Assembly: GCA_022703765.1 (NCBI GenBank)
Contig: JAKJHQ010000001.1
Span: 1-17,853 of the forward strand
Length of the DNA: 17,853 nt
Direction: 5' to 3'
Source of the DNA: Candidatus Wallbacteria bacterium
GTDB lineage: Bacteria; Muiribacteriota; UBA9980
The notes below the pieces were generated by a model. It was not told where the DNA came from. It was given only the letters and a program-made list of their open reading frames with translations, and ran no database searches. A program made the position numbers and the translations under genes. The stretch's first letter is position 1, and each line of letters opens with the position of its first letter. Shown here piece by piece: positions 15,247-17,853 of this stretch.

Positions 15247-16998
15247 TTATAATTTTTCAGAGTTTATAACTTCAGAACTCTCAATAATCTTCTTAAATAT
15301 TTCCGTTTCATCTTTCGAGAAGTAATTCTGGTTCAAAAGATAATCTCGGTTTCCAACAATTATCAGTAATTCTTTAGCACGCGAAAGTGCAACATTGATT
15401 AACTCTTTTCTTGCAGTAAGTCTTGTCGGTTTAACTTCGTCGTCGCAGATATTCATAATAATGACGCTTTTTTCCTGGCCCTGAAATGAATGAATCGTCG
15501 ATACCTGTACTTGTTCAAAATACTCTGGATTGATTTTAATGAGTTCAGTGGACTTTGCGAGAACCTCTTTAATTTTGACTATCTGGGCGTTATAAGGTGC
15601 GATAATGCCAATTTCTTCAGATTTAAATTCCTTATTGTTTACAAGTTTAATTGTTATTCCGGCAATCGCTTCGGCATGCTTTTCATTGAATCTTCTTTCT
15701 TCCGTTCCATTTATAACGGCGCCGTTTATGTTTTCAATTTTTCCCTTACAATTTATAAACACTATATTGCTTTTGAAAGTTCCTTTAATGTCTTTTTTTG
15801 CCGTGCCCGTCTTTAACTCGCCTTCGTAAAATAGATCGCTTACAAGATTTCCAATCGGCTCCTGCATCCTGTACTGCGTATCGAGAAATGCTGTTCTTTC
15901 GTCGTGCCGTTCAACCTTTGCCATATCAAAAATATTCCGGCTAAACCAGGCATTCGGCTTGTCGGCGTCATCCGGGAATATAGGAGGAAGCTGCATGGGA
16001 TCTCCACCCAGAACCACGCCTTTTTTGGCGTAATAACAAGCCGCGATGATTGCCGGTATGCTGGCCATGGACATTTCGTCTGCAATAACGAAATCAACCG
16101 GACCCGGATCAGCGGTTTTAGGCGAGGCAAGCGACGCAAAGTTAGTGGCTACGCAGGTACAAAGGCTCACATGCTCGTTCCATGTAAAAGCGTTTCGCTT
16201 GATCCTATATTGCCTGTTCTGATATATGTCTCGGCTAAAAATCTTTACCGAATCATGCATATTATCAACGCTGCCCGTTCTTGCGACCGTAATATTGAAT
16301 TTGTTGAGCGGCGAGGCTGATTCCAGTGTAGATATGAGGAGCTGGTCCAGTGCCTTATTTGATAAAGCGGTCAGCAAAACCCGCTTACCGTTTTTTATAA
16401 GATGAGATGCGAGAGCGCCCATAGTTTTGGTTTTTCCGGTTCCAGGCGGCCCCCATACGAATGTGATATTTTGCGATAATGCTTTTTTGACGGCCTTTAT
16501 TTGAGATTCGTTAAGTTTATCGGCGGCAAATGCAGCGACGACTTCCTTATGATCAGATAAAACCGATTTATCGAGTAGTGACGATACTATCTCGTTTGGG
16601 TTTGTCGAATTAATCGTCAAAAAATTCAAAAGATCGGCGGTTAATCTTCTGCCGTCCATAATATAATCGATTCCAAAATCTGTAATTTGTCGCAGATTAA
16701 AATTATCTATCCCGCTCGATCTTAAAACCGCTTTTTCAAATGTTACTTTAACCCCGTTTGAAACTTTTTCGAACTTTCCGTTAACGAATAGATCGCCGAC
16801 CCTGAACAACGGCTCATAAACGTATTTAATGTCTCTTAAAACCCTTTCGGGCGCGTTACGAAAAACAACTGAATAAGACCCGTCTGAATCGCTTTCACCA
16901 GCCTTTCCATACATAAAATAGCGGGCGCGGTTACGCGGCTCATCGAGACGGGTAATTTCAGATTTAACCGACTCCTGTATTTCATTAAGGTCAATCAT
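15247..16998 (-). CDS. Upf1/DNA2-like SF1B helicase (AAA_11/AAA_12 type).
   Basis: Q-motif LNESQIKAV, Walker A FVWGPPGTGKTKT, Walker B VIADEMSMAS, motif III VLGGDPMQLPPI, motif IV DTQYRMQEPIG, motif V VSTIHSFQGQEKSVII and motif VI VALSRAKELLIIVG. The start overlaps the upstream gene by 8 nt. Confidence 0.9.
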   Translation of the reverse strand: MIDLNEIQESVKSEITRLDEPRNRARYFMYGKAGESDSDGSYSVVFRNAPERVLRDIKYVYEPLFRVGDLFVNGKFEKVSNGVKVTFEKAVLRSSGIDNFNLRQITDFGIDYIMDGRRLTADLLNFLTINSTNPNEIVSSLLDKSVLSDHKEVVAAFAADKLNESQIKAVKKALSQNITFVWGPPGTGKTKTMGALASHLIKNGKRVLLTALSNKALDQLLISTLESASPLNKFNITVARTGSVDNMHDSVKIFSRDIYQNRQYRIKRNAFTWNEHVSLCTCVATNFASLASPKTADPGPVDFVIADEMSMASIPAIIAACYYAKKGVVLGGDPMQLPPIFPDDADKPNAWFSRNIFDMAKVERHDERTAFLDTQYRMQEPIGNLVSDLFYEGELKTGTAKKDIKGTFKSNIVFINCKGKIENINGAVINGTEERRFNEKHAEAIAGITIKLVNNKEFKSEEIGIIAPYNAQIVKIKEVLAKSTELIKINPEYFEQVQVSTIHSFQGQEKSVIIMNICDDEVKPTRLTARKELINVALSRAKELLIIVGNRDYLLNQNYFSKDETEIFKKIIESSEVINSEKL

Positions 16999-17853
16999 AA
17001 TTTATTCTCGGTAATACTCTATAATTTCCGTTTTCCCAATCCTTATAAGGATTATCCAATATATTCCTCCAGGCTTCGTAAGGATTTTGAATTATTTCTA
17101 CCTGCGATTCCGACTTGCCGACGTTATAAACTTTGCAAATGTAATAATTTTCCTTCAATTCTTTTGCTTTCTTCCACTGCGCCCTGCTCGGCATTACCCA
17201 ATTATCCGTTTTAACTTCAAAATACTTACGAATTCCGTTTTCTGTAACGTCGATGTCTCTTCCAATGGCATTAACTTTTGAGCTGTTGACCAATTCTAAT
17301 TTTAATATTTCTTTTCCGTCGTCAATCAGCGCGAAAATATTTTCGCCATCGCAAGTTTTCCAGGTTGCGGACGGGTATAATTCTTTATAATATACTTCTT
17401 TTAAAAACTTAATTACAGTTAATTCTCCTCTGAACCCAATATTTTTCAATGACTCAGGGTTGCTCATTTTTCTTTTTTTTACGCCCGTAGTTGCGGTTTC
17501 TTCATTATCACATTCATATTGAAAATCATCAGAACATTTTGTATCGCTAGATGTGGCTCTGGTTACTTTAACATCATCGATTTTGCTGCATTCCGGCACC
17601 CAAATTTCGTTATTGAATTTTTCAGTTTGGTCAACAGACGAAGGCCTTTTTTTTGTACTCTTTTCATTAATTTCCCCTACTTTAGACGTACTTTCATCGA
17701 TCTGAATTTCAGTTTTTCCCCTTTTTCTTCTGAGAGCTTCGTTCAAATCTTCGATATCAAGTTCCAAAGCTATTTTAAGCTTGTCTCTGCATTTGTCGTC
17801 GCTTATTTTATTGATTGCTTCAAGCAATGAATCCTGCATAAAACTTAATTCTT
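16991..17853 (-). CDS. DUF3883-like protein with a restriction-endonuclease-fold (PD-(D/E)xK) domain. It may be 5'-partial: the frame is open upstream of the ATG at 17839 to the window end.
   Basis: The C-terminal part reads GRDIDVTENGIRKYFEVKTD...YYICKVYNV, which matches the DUF3883 core (D-x-D ... E-V-K-T, then Y-x-x-Y-x-V). A basic, low-complexity N-terminal half is present. There is no in-frame stop between 17839 and 17853, so the true start may lie beyond the window. Confidence 0.6.
   Translation of the reverse strand, partial: ELSFMQDSLLEAINKISDDKCRDKLKIALELDIEDLNEALRRKRGKTEIQIDESTSKVGEINEKSTKKRPSSVDQTEKFNNEIWVPECSKIDDVKVTRATSSDTKCSDDFQYECDNEETATTGVKKRKMSNPESLKNIGFRGELTVIKFLKEVYYKELYPSATWKTCDGENIFALIDDGKEILKLELVNSSKVNAIGRDIDVTENGIRKYFEVKTDNWVMPSRAQWKKAKELKENYYICKVYNVGKSESQVEIIQNPYEAWRNILDNPYKDWENGNYRVLPRINYD

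Noticed and set aside
15490-16320. Plus-strand ORFs 15490-15816, 15605-15829 and 15904-16320, and minus-strand ORF 15840-16139
   Set aside because: They lie within the SF1 helicase gene, whose frame contains all the Walker and SF1B motifs. The minus-strand ORF 15840-16139 is out of frame with it.
1-17853. CRISPR arrays, tRNA or rRNA genes, IS elements and integrase genes
   Set aside because: No regularly spaced direct repeats and no cloverleaf-like GC-rich 75-90-nt segments are present. Intergenic spaces are short and AT-rich. No transposase or integrase-like ORFs were recognised.

Overview
This window is a dense mosaic of anti-phage defence and signalling genes with almost no housekeeping content. 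I found no rRNA, tRNA or CRISPR array. From left to right: (1) minus strand, 1-2867: the N-terminal 955 aa or more of an SNF2-family helicase. It has the DLNPHQ and LADEVGLGKT motifs, a DEAH box and a Helicase_C QRIGRxHRxGQ motif, followed by a long C-terminal coiled-coil extension. The gene runs off the left edge. (2) minus strand, 7807-3283: a tightly coupled five-gene operon. The first three genes are a TerY-P triad: a TerY-like vWA protein, a PP2C phosphatase and an atypical Ser/Thr kinase. They are followed by a small Cys-rich zinc-ribbon protein and a protein with a formylglycine-generating-enzyme-like (FGE-sulfatase/DUF323) domain. The ~100-aa N-terminal helical domain of that FGE-like protein is clearly paralogous to the N-terminus of the TPR protein at 10307-9156. 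(3) plus strand: a DUF4236-like membrane protein at 8036-9142. (4) plus strand: a Zorya-like MotA/MotB pair. It comprises a ZorA-like protein (MotA/ExbB transmembrane core plus a ~500-aa coiled-coil tail, 10473-12560), a ZorB-like protein (MotB plug plus OmpA domain, TTG start, 12639-13460) and a 403-aa protein with no recognisable motifs (13478-14689). No ZorD-type helicase is adjacent. (5) minus strand, 17839-14709: a convergent three-gene module. It has a DUF3883-like protein with a PD-(D/E)xK restriction-endonuclease-fold domain, a Upf1/DNA2-like SF1B helicase, and a hyper-acidic zinc-ribbon protein that may be a DNA mimic. Base composition alternates between roughly 50% GC modules (helicase, TerY-P) and AT-rich modules (Zorya-like, SF1 helicase, acidic protein), consistent with a horizontally assembled defence island. 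The best candidates for undescribed biology are the extended TerY-P operon with its adaptor-domain-bearing FGE and TPR partners, the ZorAB pair with non-canonical partners, and the split nuclease-helicase-acidic-protein module.
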